Source of the DNA: an uncultured Campylobacterales bacterium
Lineage (GTDB): Bacteria > Campylobacterota > Campylobacteria > Campylobacterales > QNZT01
Reading direction: 5' to 3'
Assembly (NCBI GenBank): GCA_964622255.1
Contig: CAZUPK010000050.1
Span: forward strand, 1 to 48,748
Length of the DNA: 48,748 nucleotides
Positions 29,883 to 39,803 of the stretch are shown here, piece after piece (positions within the stretch are counted from its first letter, which is position 1; each line of letters opens with the position of its first letter). Below the pieces are notes generated by a model, which saw only the letters and a program-made list of their open reading frames with translations, was not told the origin of the DNA and made no database searches. The translations under genes and the position numbers were made by a program.

Positions 29883-30453
29883 TTTCTATCCTTTTTAAAG
29901 CATCTTCATAATCTTTAGGAAAGTTTAAATTATCAAAACTTTTTTCATTTTCAAATTTCACAAATCTAGTTATTATTTTATCATAAAGGAAGCTAAACTT
30001 ATATAGTTTTTTCTCTTGCAACCCTTTTAAAGTTTTTAAAATATCTCTTTTATATATGGCACATAGAGGTTGATATGAGTTTTTTGTCTTTGCTACTATG
30101 GCATCAGAATCTAAAGTTTTTGATAATTTTAAGAAGTCATCATAGTTAAAAAAAGGGGTATCAACACTTAATACAAAGATATACTCATCTTTTAAACTTT
30201 CTAAAACAGAGATGAGTCCTATAAAAGGAGAACTCTCCTCTTTTGTAAAATCCTCTATAAAGTTAGCATCAAAGTCAAATTTATTTTTTGTTTTAGTAGA
30301 TATATATATCTTTTTAAAGTAGGGAGAAAACCTTTTTATCTGAAACTGTGTTAGAGTGGGGGAGGATGAGAAGGGAAGAAGAGATTTATCCCTTCTCATA
30401 CGAGAGCTTTTTCCTCCGGCAAATATAACTAAAGGTATATCTTTATAGTTCAC
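29845..30453 (-). CDS. mobA: Molybdenum cofactor guanylyltransferase
   Basis: AGGKSSRM..DK.LL, VDTPF, QPLCAIY, NLN.P.DY. Confidence 0.92.
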   Translation of the reverse strand: MNYKDIPLVIFAGGKSSRMRRDKSLLPFSSSPTLTQFQIKRFSPYFKKIYISTKTKNKFDFDANFIEDFTKEESSPFIGLISVLESLKDEYIFVLSVDTPFFNYDDFLKLSKTLDSDAIVAKTKNSYQPLCAIYKRDILKTLKGLQEKKLYKFSFLYDKIITRFVKFENEKSFDNLNFPKDYEDALKRIENEKGIDLLSNYP

Positions 30454-31708
30454 GAGGATCGGCTATTTTTCCTGCTATCGCACTTGCTGCTGCTACTGCT
30501 GAGTTTGCCAAATATATTTCACTATCTCTTGCACCCATTCTTCCTACAAAGTTTCTGTTTGTAGTAGATACACATCTCTCACCATCTCCAAGTATTCCCA
30601 TATATCCACCAAGACATGCTCCACAAGTTGGATTACTGACAACAGCTCCAGCATCAACTAAAATATCTATATATCCAAGTTTGTTTGCTTCTTTTAGTAT
30701 CTTTTGAGTAGCAGGAGTAACTATAAGTCTTGTATGTCTTGCAACTTTTTTTCCTTTAAGTATCTTAGAAGCTATTTTTAAATCCTCAAGTCTTCCATTT
30801 GTGCAACTTCCGATAAATACTTGATCTACTTTTAAGTCATCACTAACAGCTTGACTTATCGGTTTTCCATTTGATGGCAAAAATGGATAGGCAACAATTG
30901 GCTCTAACTTTTCTACATCTATCTCTATAGTTTTTACATAGTTTGCATTTTCATCACTATAGTGATACTTTGGCTTATCTCTTAAATCTTTGTCCTTTAA
31001 AAACTCTTTTGTTATATCATCAACAGCTACTATACCATTTTTTGCTCCAGCTTCTATTGCCATATTACATAGTGAAAATCTATCATCCATACTTAAATGC
31101 TCTATAGTATCTCCAGTAAACTCTAAAGTTTGATATAAAGCTCCATTAACTCCTATTTCTCTTATGATTTCTAAAATCAAATCTTTTCCATATATATGTT
31201 TTGCCGGTTTTCCTCTAAAAACTACCTTTATAGACTGAGGAACTTTAAACCAATTTCTTCCGGTTATCATCGTATATGCTAAGTCGGTGCTTCCCATACC
31301 GGTTGAAAAAGCTCCTAAAGCTCCGTGAGTGCAAGTGTGTGAGTCAGCTCCTATGATAACATCTCCGGGTATAACAAGTCCCTTTTCGGGTAACAGTGCA
31401 TGTTCGATTCCCATATCTTTTTCATCAAAAAAGAGTTTTAAGTTATGCTCATAGGCAAACTCTCTACTTATCTTTGCTTGATTTGCACTTGCGATATCTT
31501 TTGCAGGTATGTAGTGATCCATAACTATCGCAAAGTTATCGGGCTTTGCTAACTTTTTAGTCCCACTCTCACGAAAAGCTTTTATAGAAATAGGAGTTGT
31601 TATATCATTTCCTATAACCATATCTATATCACAGTCAACAATCTCTCCAGCTTTTACTTCTCTTCCTATATGTTCGCTAAATATTTTTTCTGTTATTGTT
31701 AAACCCAT
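30443..31708 (-). CDS. leuC: 3-isopropylmalate dehydratase large subunit
   Basis: DHYIP, GADSHTCT, NMAIEAG, IGSCTNGR, CGACLG, STTNRNFVGRMG; ATG at 31708 with SD GAGG. Confidence 0.95.
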   Translation of the reverse strand: MGLTITEKIFSEHIGREVKAGEIVDCDIDMVIGNDITTPISIKAFRESGTKKLAKPDNFAIVMDHYIPAKDIASANQAKISREFAYEHNLKLFFDEKDMGIEHALLPEKGLVIPGDVIIGADSHTCTHGALGAFSTGMGSTDLAYTMITGRNWFKVPQSIKVVFRGKPAKHIYGKDLILEIIREIGVNGALYQTLEFTGDTIEHLSMDDRFSLCNMAIEAGAKNGIVAVDDITKEFLKDKDLRDKPKYHYSDENANYVKTIEIDVEKLEPIVAYPFLPSNGKPISQAVSDDLKVDQVFIGSCTNGRLEDLKIASKILKGKKVARHTRLIVTPATQKILKEANKLGYIDILVDAGAVVSNPTCGACLGGYMGILGDGERCVSTTNRNFVGRMGARDSEIYLANSAVAAASAIAGKIADPREL

Positions 31709-31750
31709 AAAAAACCTCAAATCAAATTTATATGTTTTGGTTATTATATT

Positions 31751-32017
31751 TGAACCCTCTGATAAACTATGGATATTTTCAGCGACAAGAGAAGGTTGCT
31801 AATACGAGGCAGATATATGCAGGAGCTACTAGTAGCTTCAAATATATCTAACGAAATAGTAGTAATCTTCTCTTGTCGCCCATAGGGAGGGCTTTAAAAA
31901 AGCAATCTTGCACAAGATTTTTCATCGCAATAGCTACGGCTATTACTCAAAAAAATTTTGCACAATCTTACATTTTTAAAGCCCTCTGAAAACATTCATA
32001 GTTTATCAGAGGGTTCA
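31751..32017. mobile_element. 267-bp MITE-like palindromic element with 32-bp terminal inverted repeats and two internal long hairpins
   Basis: TGAACCCTCTGATAAACTATG(G/A)AT(A/G)TTTTCAG at both ends (30/32 match); arm 1 31782-31879, arm 2 31887-31986; no ORF over 35 aa seen. Confidence 0.8.
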
Positions 32018-32074
32018 TTAAATATATCTTTGTTTTTGCTCTTATAACCTTATTGATATGAAATATCACCGAAC

Positions 32075-33088
32075 TTAGGTTGTAATAAAATCAACTATTT
32101 TTTTAGCTCCACCTTGCTTTATGGAGTTGTTTAGTCCAAGACTCATAGTTGAAATATCTGCTTTAAATATCTCTTGTAAAACAGTCTCATTAAGTTCATT
32201 CTCTCTTTTTAAAAAACATAAACCTTTTTCTTTTAAAAAGAGTGCATTGTGATATTGATGATCTTTCGCGGCATAAGGATATGGGATAAAGAGAGTTGGA
32301 AGCATAGATGCTACTAACTCCCAAAGTGTGCTTGCACCGCTTCTGCTTATGGCAAAATCTGCCTCTTTTATCTTTTTATCTAACTCATTTGTAAAGTCAA
32401 AAAGATCCACTTCTATACGGTTATCACGATAGAATTCTTTTAACTTTTCATAGTCTCTACCTCCGCTTTGGTGGATTATCTTTATACCTTTTTCTTTTAA
32501 AGAAGGAGCTATTTTCATAGCAAAGTTGTTTATAGCTGTTGCTCCTTGACTTCCACCTAAAAATATAACTGTTTTTATGTCATCTCTTACTCTTGCATTT
32601 TGAAAAAATATATCTCTAACTGGATAACTTTTAAGTGGACTATTCTCTTCATAAGAGCTGAAAAATGCTTTTGCTCTTGGTCTTAAGAGTTTGTTTAAAC
32701 TTCCTATGACGGCATTTTGTTCGTGTATATATAAATCTTTTTTAAAAAGTATAGATGCAATAGATGCTGGAGCGGCTGAATAACCACCTACACTAAAAAT
32801 AGCTTTTATGTTGTGCTTTTTAAAGATGGAGTTACATCTTAGGGAGTATTTTAGGATATTTAAAAGTGATAAAACTTTTCCTATTTTGCCTTTATTTACT
32901 ACTCCGCCTGTGTTAAAAAAGTATCTCTCTTTAAATCCTTTATCATTTTCAAACCATTTTTTATCTTGACCATTGCTACTACCGATAAATATAGGTTTTA
33001 TACCTCTTTTATTTAACTCCTCTTTTATCGCTTTTGCTATGGTTAAGTGTCCACCTGTTCCGCCACCTGTTATTGCTATATTTGTCAT
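32075..33088 (-). CDS. murG: MurG glycosyltransferase
   Basis: GGGTGGH, GGY, HEQN, GGSQGA, ISRSGAST, HQY.NA. Confidence 0.97.
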   Translation of the reverse strand: MTNIAITGGGTGGHLTIAKAIKEELNKRGIKPIFIGSSNGQDKKWFENDKGFKERYFFNTGGVVNKGKIGKVLSLLNILKYSLRCNSIFKKHNIKAIFSVGGYSAAPASIASILFKKDLYIHEQNAVIGSLNKLLRPRAKAFFSSYEENSPLKSYPVRDIFFQNARVRDDIKTVIFLGGSQGATAINNFAMKIAPSLKEKGIKIIHQSGGRDYEKLKEFYRDNRIEVDLFDFTNELDKKIKEADFAISRSGASTLWELVASMLPTLFIPYPYAAKDHQYHNALFLKEKGLCFLKRENELNETVLQEIFKADISTMSLGLNNSIKQGGAKKIVDFITT

Positions 33089-34245
33089 TTTGCCCTCTTA
33101 CTTATCATTAAAATCATTCCCATCATTATAGATACCGCTACTATAGAACTACCTCCATAACTCAAAAAAGGAACTGCTATACCCTTTATCGGAATAGCTC
33201 CGGTTATACCAAAGGCATTTAAAAAAAGTGAAACTGCTATCAAAAGTCCACTTCCAAAAGCAAAGTTTGAATACATCCTATTGGTTAACCTATTTGCTAT
33301 TTTTAGTATTCTAAATATTATAATAAAAAATATTATTATTATAAAGCTAACACCTATTGTTCCTATCTCTTCAGTAATACCGGCAAGTATAAAATCGGTA
33401 TGAACTTCCGGTAAAAATCCGAGCTTTATAACTCCATTTCCAACTCCAGTTCCAAAACTTCCACCATTTATGATAGCATCATAAGAGGAGGATAGTTGAG
33501 TTTTTGAGTTATTTATAGGAGTATCTACCTGTAGAGATTTTGGAAGTATTTTTAAAAAGAGTGATTGAAAGTCATAAAACCACTCTTGGATACGATGAAA
33601 ACGATTTTCATTATGCATAATAAGGTATGATAAAAGTGTTATTCCTAGAAGTGATACTGCTAAAAAAAGTCTAGAACTAATACCTGCCATAAGCCCCATA
33701 ACAAGAAGCACAAATCCCATAACCATAACTTGACCAAAATCATTTTGCATAATAGCCACCAAGTAAACGATTATCAAAAAAAGTATAAGATATGGAGAAA
33801 ACCTCTTTGTATCATCTTTAAAACTTATATGGTGAGCTAACTCTATTTTTCTCGAAAAACTCCAGGCTAAAAAGTATATAAACCCTATCTTAAAAAACTC
33901 TACTGGTGCCAATGAAATTTCAAGTGACGGTATCTTTATCCATCTTTTTGCACCATTTATAGCCATAACATATTCTTGTGGGAAAAAATGCATAATACTC
34001 ATTAAAAATATAAATAATATAAACAAAGTCATCCCTATTGGTTTAAAATATTTATCAGGATTTAATGTAGAGAGATACCACATAATAGCTATACCTAGGA
34101 AAACAGCTATAAATTGTCTTAAGAGAAAATGAAATTCTCCAAGATTTGAGTGAGTTGTTTTATATATACTCATAGAGTAAACAAATATTATACTTAAAGT
34201 TAGCAAAAAAGTTGTTAAATAAAACAGTGTTTTATCTACTCTCAA
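33085..34245 (-). CDS. ftsW: FtsW/RodA/SpoVE family peptidoglycan polymerase
   Basis: GAKRWI, PVEFFK, FLPEVHTDFI, KGIAVPFLSYGGSS; TTG start with SD AGGA. Confidence 0.95.
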   Translation of the reverse strand: MRVDKTLFYLTTFLLTLSIIFVYSMSIYKTTHSNLGEFHFLLRQFIAVFLGIAIMWYLSTLNPDKYFKPIGMTLFILFIFLMSIMHFFPQEYVMAINGAKRWIKIPSLEISLAPVEFFKIGFIYFLAWSFSRKIELAHHISFKDDTKRFSPYLILFLIIVYLVAIMQNDFGQVMVMGFVLLVMGLMAGISSRLFLAVSLLGITLLSYLIMHNENRFHRIQEWFYDFQSLFLKILPKSLQVDTPINNSKTQLSSSYDAIINGGSFGTGVGNGVIKLGFLPEVHTDFILAGITEEIGTIGVSFIIIIFFIIIFRILKIANRLTNRMYSNFAFGSGLLIAVSLFLNAFGITGAIPIKGIAVPFLSYGGSSIVAVSIMMGMILMISKRAK

Positions 34246-34289
34246 ACCAAAATCCTAAAATCTCTTTTTTAGATACTACTAAAATTTTG

Positions 34290-34460
34290 TTTAGATTACG
34301 ATATAACCCAACCAATCCCAATGCGAATAAAAATGGTTGTGAAAGCTCACCAAATATTAATCCTGTCATCGAAAAGGTCGATTTAGCAGAGGTAATTGGA
34401 GTTTATCAAGCAAATATGGCAGAAGTTAACAACTTAAAGTATGGTGGATTGATTAAAAAA
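34290..34460 (+). pseudogene. flgC: Decayed 3' fragment of flagellar rod gene flgC (5' part and flgB missing)
   Basis: LRYNPTNPNANKNGCESSPNINPVIEKVDLAEVIGVYQANM resembles FlgC YDP.HPDA...GYV..PN.NPV.EM.DL.EA.RAYQAN, with conserved residues substituted; no proper start; lies before fliE. Confidence 0.8.
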
Positions 34461-34567
34461 ACTAAGTTTGATGGTATATATATTTATAGCTTTACAAGCA
34501 AGGCACAATGACGAAGACCATATTTGTAGCATAGTAAAAGAATTGCAGGTTTAAAAAGGATAGATAG

Positions 34568-34870
34568 ATGAGCTATTTAGGTGCTATATCGCAAATTAGT
34601 GATGTTCAAAGTGGAAGTGATATCAAAGGGAAAACTACCAATGGTGCTGGTGCAGACCTTCTATCGATACTAAAAGATAGTATAAAAAAGGTAAAGCAAG
34701 GGCAAGAAAAGGTTGAAGTTGTATCTGCCTCTGTCTCAACAAAAAGTGTGAGAGATCTTCATCAAGTAGCTATTGCCATAGATAAAGCAGAGATAAATAT
34801 GAAGATGATTCTTGAGCTTAGAAATAAAGCCTTAAGTGCTTATAAAGATATACTAAGAACTCAAGTTTAA
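34568..34870 (+). CDS. fliE: Flagellar hook-basal body protein FliE (intact frame, diverged)
   Basis: DLHQVAIAIDKAE..MK..LELRNKALSAYK.ILRTQV C-terminus; SD AAGGA. Confidence 0.88.
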   Translation: MSYLGAISQISDVQSGSDIKGKTTNGAGADLLSILKDSIKKVKQGQEKVEVVSASVSTKSVRDLHQVAIAIDKAEINMKMILELRNKALSAYKDILRTQV

Positions 34871-34915
34871 ACTGCCTAATTTTTATACAACTTTTATCTT
34901 TTTATCACAATCTTT

Positions 34916-35227
34916 TCAAGAAAACCCCATTCTCTAAGACGGGGATGAATTGAAAAAGATATTGCTAATTTTTTGAATATTTGCTATAATATCATCAAAG
35001 TAAGAGGTAGCAAGTATATAATCGATATTTCCCTTCTTCTAAGAGTTGAATACCTCATTTGAGTATGAAGTATCTCATTTTTAGAGGATAAAAATATCAA
35101 CTAATTGGTCTTTGGGTTAGGAACTATCCCTTGAACTCTTAGATTAAACTCAAAAGCCTTTCAAATTCAAACTCGTTGGAGTTTGCTAGTTAGGAAGCTT
35201 CTAGCTCTTTAGCTAGAGGTAGTTCAC
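34916..35227 (+). mobile_element. Non-autonomous, internally deleted IS200/IS605-family element (PATE-like) with tnpB relics
   Basis: LE hairpin TCAAGAAAACCCC...GGGGATGAATTGA; RE GAAGCTTCTAGCT-CTTT-AGCTAGAGGTAGTTCAC; internal fragments NRYFPSSKS* (TnpB Zn-finger entry) and KNIN*LVFGLGTIP* (TnpB C-terminus). Confidence 0.82.
34962..34990 (+). promoter_or_regulatory. Intact sigma70 promoter inside the mini-IS
   Basis: TTGCTA, 17 bp spacer, TATAAT preceded by TG (TGCTATAAT). Confidence 0.8.
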
Positions 35228-35228
35228 A

Positions 35229-35312
35229 ACAGGTGGTGGTGGAGTTAATGATGAAACAAAGTTAAAAGCTCTTGATATCGAAACTCACACTGAAGAGGCG
35301 ATAAATCTATAA
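35229..35312 (+). pseudogene. amtB: Last 27 codons and stop of an ammonium transporter gene
   Basis: TGGGGVNDETKLKALDIETHTEEAINL* resembles the AmtB cytoplasmic tail (RV..E.E..GLD...HGE.A.N); directly precedes a P-II gene. Confidence 0.7.
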
Positions 35313-35324
35313 GGAAGGGTGTAA

Positions 35325-35663
<339 letters not shown>

Positions 35664-35777
35664 TCCTATTTTTTTTAGATTTTTGGAGGTTCTTGTTTGT
35701 TCCACAATACTATAAGGATAGATGGTGTAGTATTCTAGAAAATGATAGAAGTGTAAGTGTATTGTAAAAAGGTGTAG

Positions 35778-36905
35778 ATGGATTTTAGGATAGACTCTGT
35801 TGATGGAAGTGCTAGAGCAACGACGATGAAGACTGTTCACGGAACTATACAAACTCCGGTGTTTATGCCAGTTGGAACGGTTGGGAGTGTCAAAGCTTTA
35901 GATGAAGTGGATATGCAAGAAATACTTGGTGCAGATATTATTTTAGCAAATACATATCATATCTATCTTCGTCCTTCCGACGAAGTTGTAAAACACTTTG
36001 GTGGACTTCACAAGTTTACAAAGTATAAGAGAAATTTTTTAACAGATAGTGGAGGATTTCAAGCTTTTTCACTTTCTTCAAACTCAAAGTCAGATAGCAA
36101 TGGTATTTTGTTTAAAAGTCATATAGATGGAAGTAAACACTATTTTACTCCCGAAAAAGTTGTAGATATACAGTTAAATTTAGGCTCAGATATTATGATG
36201 ATACTAGATGATCTTGTGGCACTTCCGTCAGATAGAAATAGGATAAAATTGTCCATACAAAGAACCACTAAGTGGGCTAAAGAGTCGATAGAGTATTTTA
36301 GAAAAATGCAAAGCAAGGGAGTTGGAAATGAACAAAATATTTTTGCTATTATTCAAGGTGGTATAGATAAGGAGTTTAGAAAACTAAGTGCATCACAGCT
36401 TTGCGAACTTGATTTTGATGGATTTGCCATAGGTGGACTTAGTGTTGGTGAGGCAAATGAAGATATGTATGATACGGTAGAGTGGACAACCAAGTTTATG
36501 CCAAAAGATAAGCCGAGATATTTGATGGGAGTTGGAACTCCAGAGGATTTGATAGAAAATATATATCGTGGTGTGGATATGTTTGATTGTGTGATGCCAA
36601 CAAGAAATGCTAGGAATGGAACACTTTTTACAAACTTTGGAAAACTAAATATAAAATCTGCAAAGTATAAACTAGACGATGAACCGATAGATAGTGAGTG
36701 TAAGTGTTATACTTGTAAAAGATATAGTAGAGGTTATCTAAACCATCTTTATCGTTCCAAAGAACTGACATACTTTAGACTTGCAAGTTTACATAATCTT
36801 CACTATTATTTAAAATTAATGAAAGAGGCAAGAGAAGCTATAATAATAGGAAAATTTAAGGAATTTAGAAGAAATTTTTATAAAAAAAGAGAAAAAGTCT
36901 TGTAA
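35778..36905 (+). CDS. tgt: Queuine tRNA-ribosyltransferase
   Basis: [36 protein letters not shown] zinc site. Confidence 0.98.
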   Translation: MDFRIDSVDGSARATTMKTVHGTIQTPVFMPVGTVGSVKALDEVDMQEILGADIILANTYHIYLRPSDEVVKHFGGLHKFTKYKRNFLTDSGGFQAFSLSSNSKSDSNGILFKSHIDGSKHYFTPEKVVDIQLNLGSDIMMILDDLVALPSDRNRIKLSIQRTTKWAKESIEYFRKMQSKGVGNEQNIFAIIQGGIDKEFRKLSASQLCELDFDGFAIGGLSVGEANEDMYDTVEWTTKFMPKDKPRYLMGVGTPEDLIENIYRGVDMFDCVMPTRNARNGTLFTNFGKLNIKSAKYKLDDEPIDSECKCYTCKRYSRGYLNHLYRSKELTYFRLASLHNLHYYLKLMKEAREAIIIGKFKEFRRNFYKKREKVL

Positions 36906-36970
36906 AAAGGTTAGATTTATTAAGAAAATTATATAATCAGCAAATATAAAAGTTATAAGGGGATGTTGGG

Positions 36971-37573
36971 TTGTCAACTTCAAAGATTGAGGAAAAAAAA
37001 CAAAATAAAAAAGTCCGTATAATGCGGGGTGCATTGGAACTTTTTGCTTCAAAGGGATTTTATAATACCACTATTCCGGATATTGCAAATGCACTTAGTA
37101 TGAGTGCGGGAAATATGTATAACTATTTTAAATCAAAAGATGTTTTAGCAAAAGAGATTATTATTTTTATATCAAAGTATTTGGGAGAAAGATTAAAAGA
37201 GATAAATGAAAAAGATATAAATACAAAAGAGAAAACTAAAGAGATAGTAAAAGTGTATTTTGAAACTGCCAAAAAGCATCCTGAGATGATAGATTATTTT
37301 TTAAGAGTCTATCTTAGCAATCGTGAAGTTTTTAAAGATGGTTGTGAAGGGATAACTTGTGTAAATGATTTTGTTATGGAGATTATGATTTATTTTGAAG
37401 AGGGTGTAAAAGCTGGAAATTTAAGAGAACAAGACTTTTTTAGTGCTTTTGGACTTTTTATGGGTTATCTTGGAGGTATGGTATTTTTAAAAGGGGAAAA
37501 TCTTTTGCCAAAAGAGTTGGATGAATATATAGAGGATATAAGTTACAATATATACAAAGCACTTAGTATATAG
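36971..37573 (+). CDS. TetR/AcrR-family regulator upstream of cytoplasmic hydrogenase gene
   Basis: N-terminal HTH GFYNTTIPDIA.....SAGNMYNYFKSK. Confidence 0.92.
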   Translation: MSTSKIEEKKQNKKVRIMRGALELFASKGFYNTTIPDIANALSMSAGNMYNYFKSKDVLAKEIIIFISKYLGERLKEINEKDINTKEKTKEIVKVYFETAKKHPEMIDYFLRVYLSNREVFKDGCEGITCVNDFVMEIMIYFEEGVKAGNLREQDFFSAFGLFMGYLGGMVFLKGENLLPKELDEYIEDISYNIYKALSI

Positions 37574-37576
37574 AGT

Positions 37577-38446
37577 ATGAAAACAAAACTTTTATGGTTA
37601 ACCTCTATCTCTTGTAATGGCAATGCTCACTCATTTTTAAACTATCCATATTTTGAACAATTTTTAAAAGATTTTGAGTTTATATATCATCCAATTTTAA
37701 CTTCAACAAATAGTTTTGAAGATGTAATAAATGATGAACTAGAGTGTGATGTGTTGATACTTGAAGGTGCTATCTCTTTAGAGTATAAAAAGTTTGATGA
37801 ACCGGTGATAAATCTTATAGATAAATATGCCACAAAAGCAAAAAAAATAGTAACAGTTGGAACTTGTGCTACTTTTGGGGGTATTTTTAAAAATAGTGGC
37901 TTTGCCCATACAACAGGATTTCATTTTGATGAAGATAAGCCTATACATTTGTTTAATTGTATGAAGAATAAAACTATTTGTATATCTGGATGTCCAGTGC
38001 ATCCCCAAGTTTTGGTAGATGTCCTTTATAGCATAAGAAACAATGTGAAGATAAAATTGGATAAGTTTTTAAGACCTATGGAATATTTTGCATATACGGT
38101 TCATAATGGTTGCACAAGAAATGAGTATTTTGAGTATAAAGTAGATAATCATAATTTTGGTAAAAAAGAGGGGTGTATGTTTTATGAACATGGATGTAAA
38201 GCACCTTTTACAAGAGGAAGTTGTAACAAAATCTTATGGAATGAAGTAAACTCTAAAACAAGGAATGGAAGTCCTTGTTTTGGATGTAGTGAACCAAGCT
38301 TCCCAAAAACAAATCTTTTTAAAACCAAAAAAAATATGGGGATACCGGAAAATCTTCCTTTAGGAGTTGCAAAGAGAGTTTATCTAACAATAGCTGGAGT
38401 TACCAAAGCTTTTAAGATAAAGCGATTTGAAGAGGAATTGTTTTGA
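37577..38446 (+). CDS. [NiFe]-hydrogenase small subunit, cytoplasmic group 2 type (no Tat signal)
   Basis: SCNGN proximal motif, GTCATFGG, GCPVHP, HNGC.RNEYF, GC.F...GC, CNKILW, PCFGC. Confidence 0.9.
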   Translation: MKTKLLWLTSISCNGNAHSFLNYPYFEQFLKDFEFIYHPILTSTNSFEDVINDELECDVLILEGAISLEYKKFDEPVINLIDKYATKAKKIVTVGTCATFGGIFKNSGFAHTTGFHFDEDKPIHLFNCMKNKTICISGCPVHPQVLVDVLYSIRNNVKIKLDKFLRPMEYFAYTVHNGCTRNEYFEYKVDNHNFGKKEGCMFYEHGCKAPFTRGSCNKILWNEVNSKTRNGSPCFGCSEPSFPKTNLFKTKKNMGIPENLPLGVAKRVYLTIAGVTKAFKIKRFEEELF

Positions 38447-38689
38447 AGAATATAACATTCTTATAAAAAAGATGCTATAACTAAAAAAGTTGGGTAAAGT
38501 GTATAGCACAAAGAGGTTGGTGGTTAATGGGAAAGATAGGACTATAAATTGTTTTTAATAACTTTATCACCTCTTTAGCCTTTGTATATCCCCTCATAGT
38601 TGATTTCTACTATTTTTTATAACCAACTCAAGCAAAAATCCTTTCAAAATCTTTTATTTAAGGATTATTTAAAATTTTGTGAAATTTGG

Positions 38690-39319
38690 CTAGAGTATCT
38701 CTTTACATTTTTTTATGCAAGATGGTATATTGGTTTTATCACTCATAACAAAAGGGATACCTTTAGGAAGTGCTTTTAAAGTAACCTTGCCTATTACTAC
38801 AGCTTTATAACTATCGTCCCACTCAAAACAGTTAAAAAAACACTCTATAGTTGATGGAGAAGAAAATATTATACAAGAGTCTTTAGGAGGTTTAGATAGA
38901 TTTTTACACTCATTGCAAACAGTTTCATAAATTATCTCTTCATCTAACTTTACTTCTGCTTCTTTTAAGATAGTGTTTAACTTTGAAGTAACAACTTTTG
39001 CTCTTAAAAAAAGAACTTTTTTACCCTCAAGCTCCTTTCTTATCTCTTTTGCAAAATCGTTACCATAAGAATTTTTAGCTTCAAACTCTACTCTTCCTCC
39101 AAGCTTCTTTATGGTGCTACTTGTGCCACTACCGATAGAATACGATGGAAGTTTTTTCCATTCTTTGTTTATCTTATCTATTGCTTTCACACCATTTTTA
39201 GAGGTAAAGACTAAAGCATCATAGGAGTTTAACTCTATATTTTTTTTTATATATTTTATTATGATACAAGGGAGGTTTTTAGCATCTTTATACTCTTTTT
39301 GGCTGAGAATGTAAATCAT
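38690..39319 (-). CDS. hemD: Uroporphyrinogen-III synthase
   Basis: LVFTSKNGV, IG..T, YET, FSSPST, IG..T..AL. Confidence 0.9.
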   Translation of the reverse strand: MIYILSQKEYKDAKNLPCIIIKYIKKNIELNSYDALVFTSKNGVKAIDKINKEWKKLPSYSIGSGTSSTIKKLGGRVEFEAKNSYGNDFAKEIRKELEGKKVLFLRAKVVTSKLNTILKEAEVKLDEEIIYETVCNECKNLSKPPKDSCIIFSSPSTIECFFNCFEWDDSYKAVVIGKVTLKALPKGIPFVMSDKTNIPSCIKKCKEIL

Positions 39320-39395
39320 AATAACACCTTTTATATTTTGTAATATTTTATCAAAATATTATGATATACTACTATATTTATTTCAAGGATAATTT

Positions 39396-39698
39396 ATGCT
39401 TATCAAAAATAGCAAAATTCAATTTCTTTTTTGGACAGCATTTTTTAGTGTTGCTATCTATTTAATGATAATATTTTTAGCTATACAAACATTTATTTTA
39501 CCAGATACTCCACCTACATCAATGCCACAAGATACCATAATATTTTTCTTTATCCTCTATGCATCACTCATAATTTTATCAGTAGCAGGAACTTTTGTAG
39601 CAACTTTGATAGACAATAGATACTATAGAAAATTTTTCGGTATTTTAATCATAATCTCACTTTTAACTTTTTTAGTAGCTAAAAGTGTTTTCGGATAA
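39396..39698 (+). CDS. Small hypothetical membrane protein (about 3 TM)
   Basis: SD AAGGA, extended -10 TGATATACT at 39362-39370, hydrophobic helices. Confidence 0.7.
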   Translation: MLIKNSKIQFLFWTAFFSVAIYLMIIFLAIQTFILPDTPPTSMPQDTIIFFFILYASLIILSVAGTFVATLIDNRYYRKFFGILIIISLLTFLVAKSVFG

Positions 39699-39803
39699 TT
39701 TTTACTACTAACCTGTACCTCGCCTAAAAAAGAATAAATTCAAGAATAGACATTTATTATTTTATATTTTTTTGTTAAAAGAAGAGAATATTTCACTCCC
39801 CTT

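Noticed and set aside
30443-31708. leuC without adjacent leuD
   Set aside because: Split leuC/leuD with mobA downstream is, as I recall, ordinary in this phylum.
31848-31883. Minus-strand mini-ORF MGDKRRLLLFR (three tandem Leu) upstream of leuC as a leucine attenuator leader
   Set aside because: No SD, buried in a hairpin arm of the TIR element, and no terminator/antiterminator pair with a U-tract seen; likely coincidental.
34212-34511. 99-aa ORF as a novel intact gene
   Set aside because: TTG start overlaps ftsW with no SD; the middle is a flgC fragment, so it is treated as a pseudogene.
38447-38689. Remnant of hydrogenase large subunit
   Set aside because: No IEGEA or RxCGxC L1 motif in any frame; only its absence is reported.
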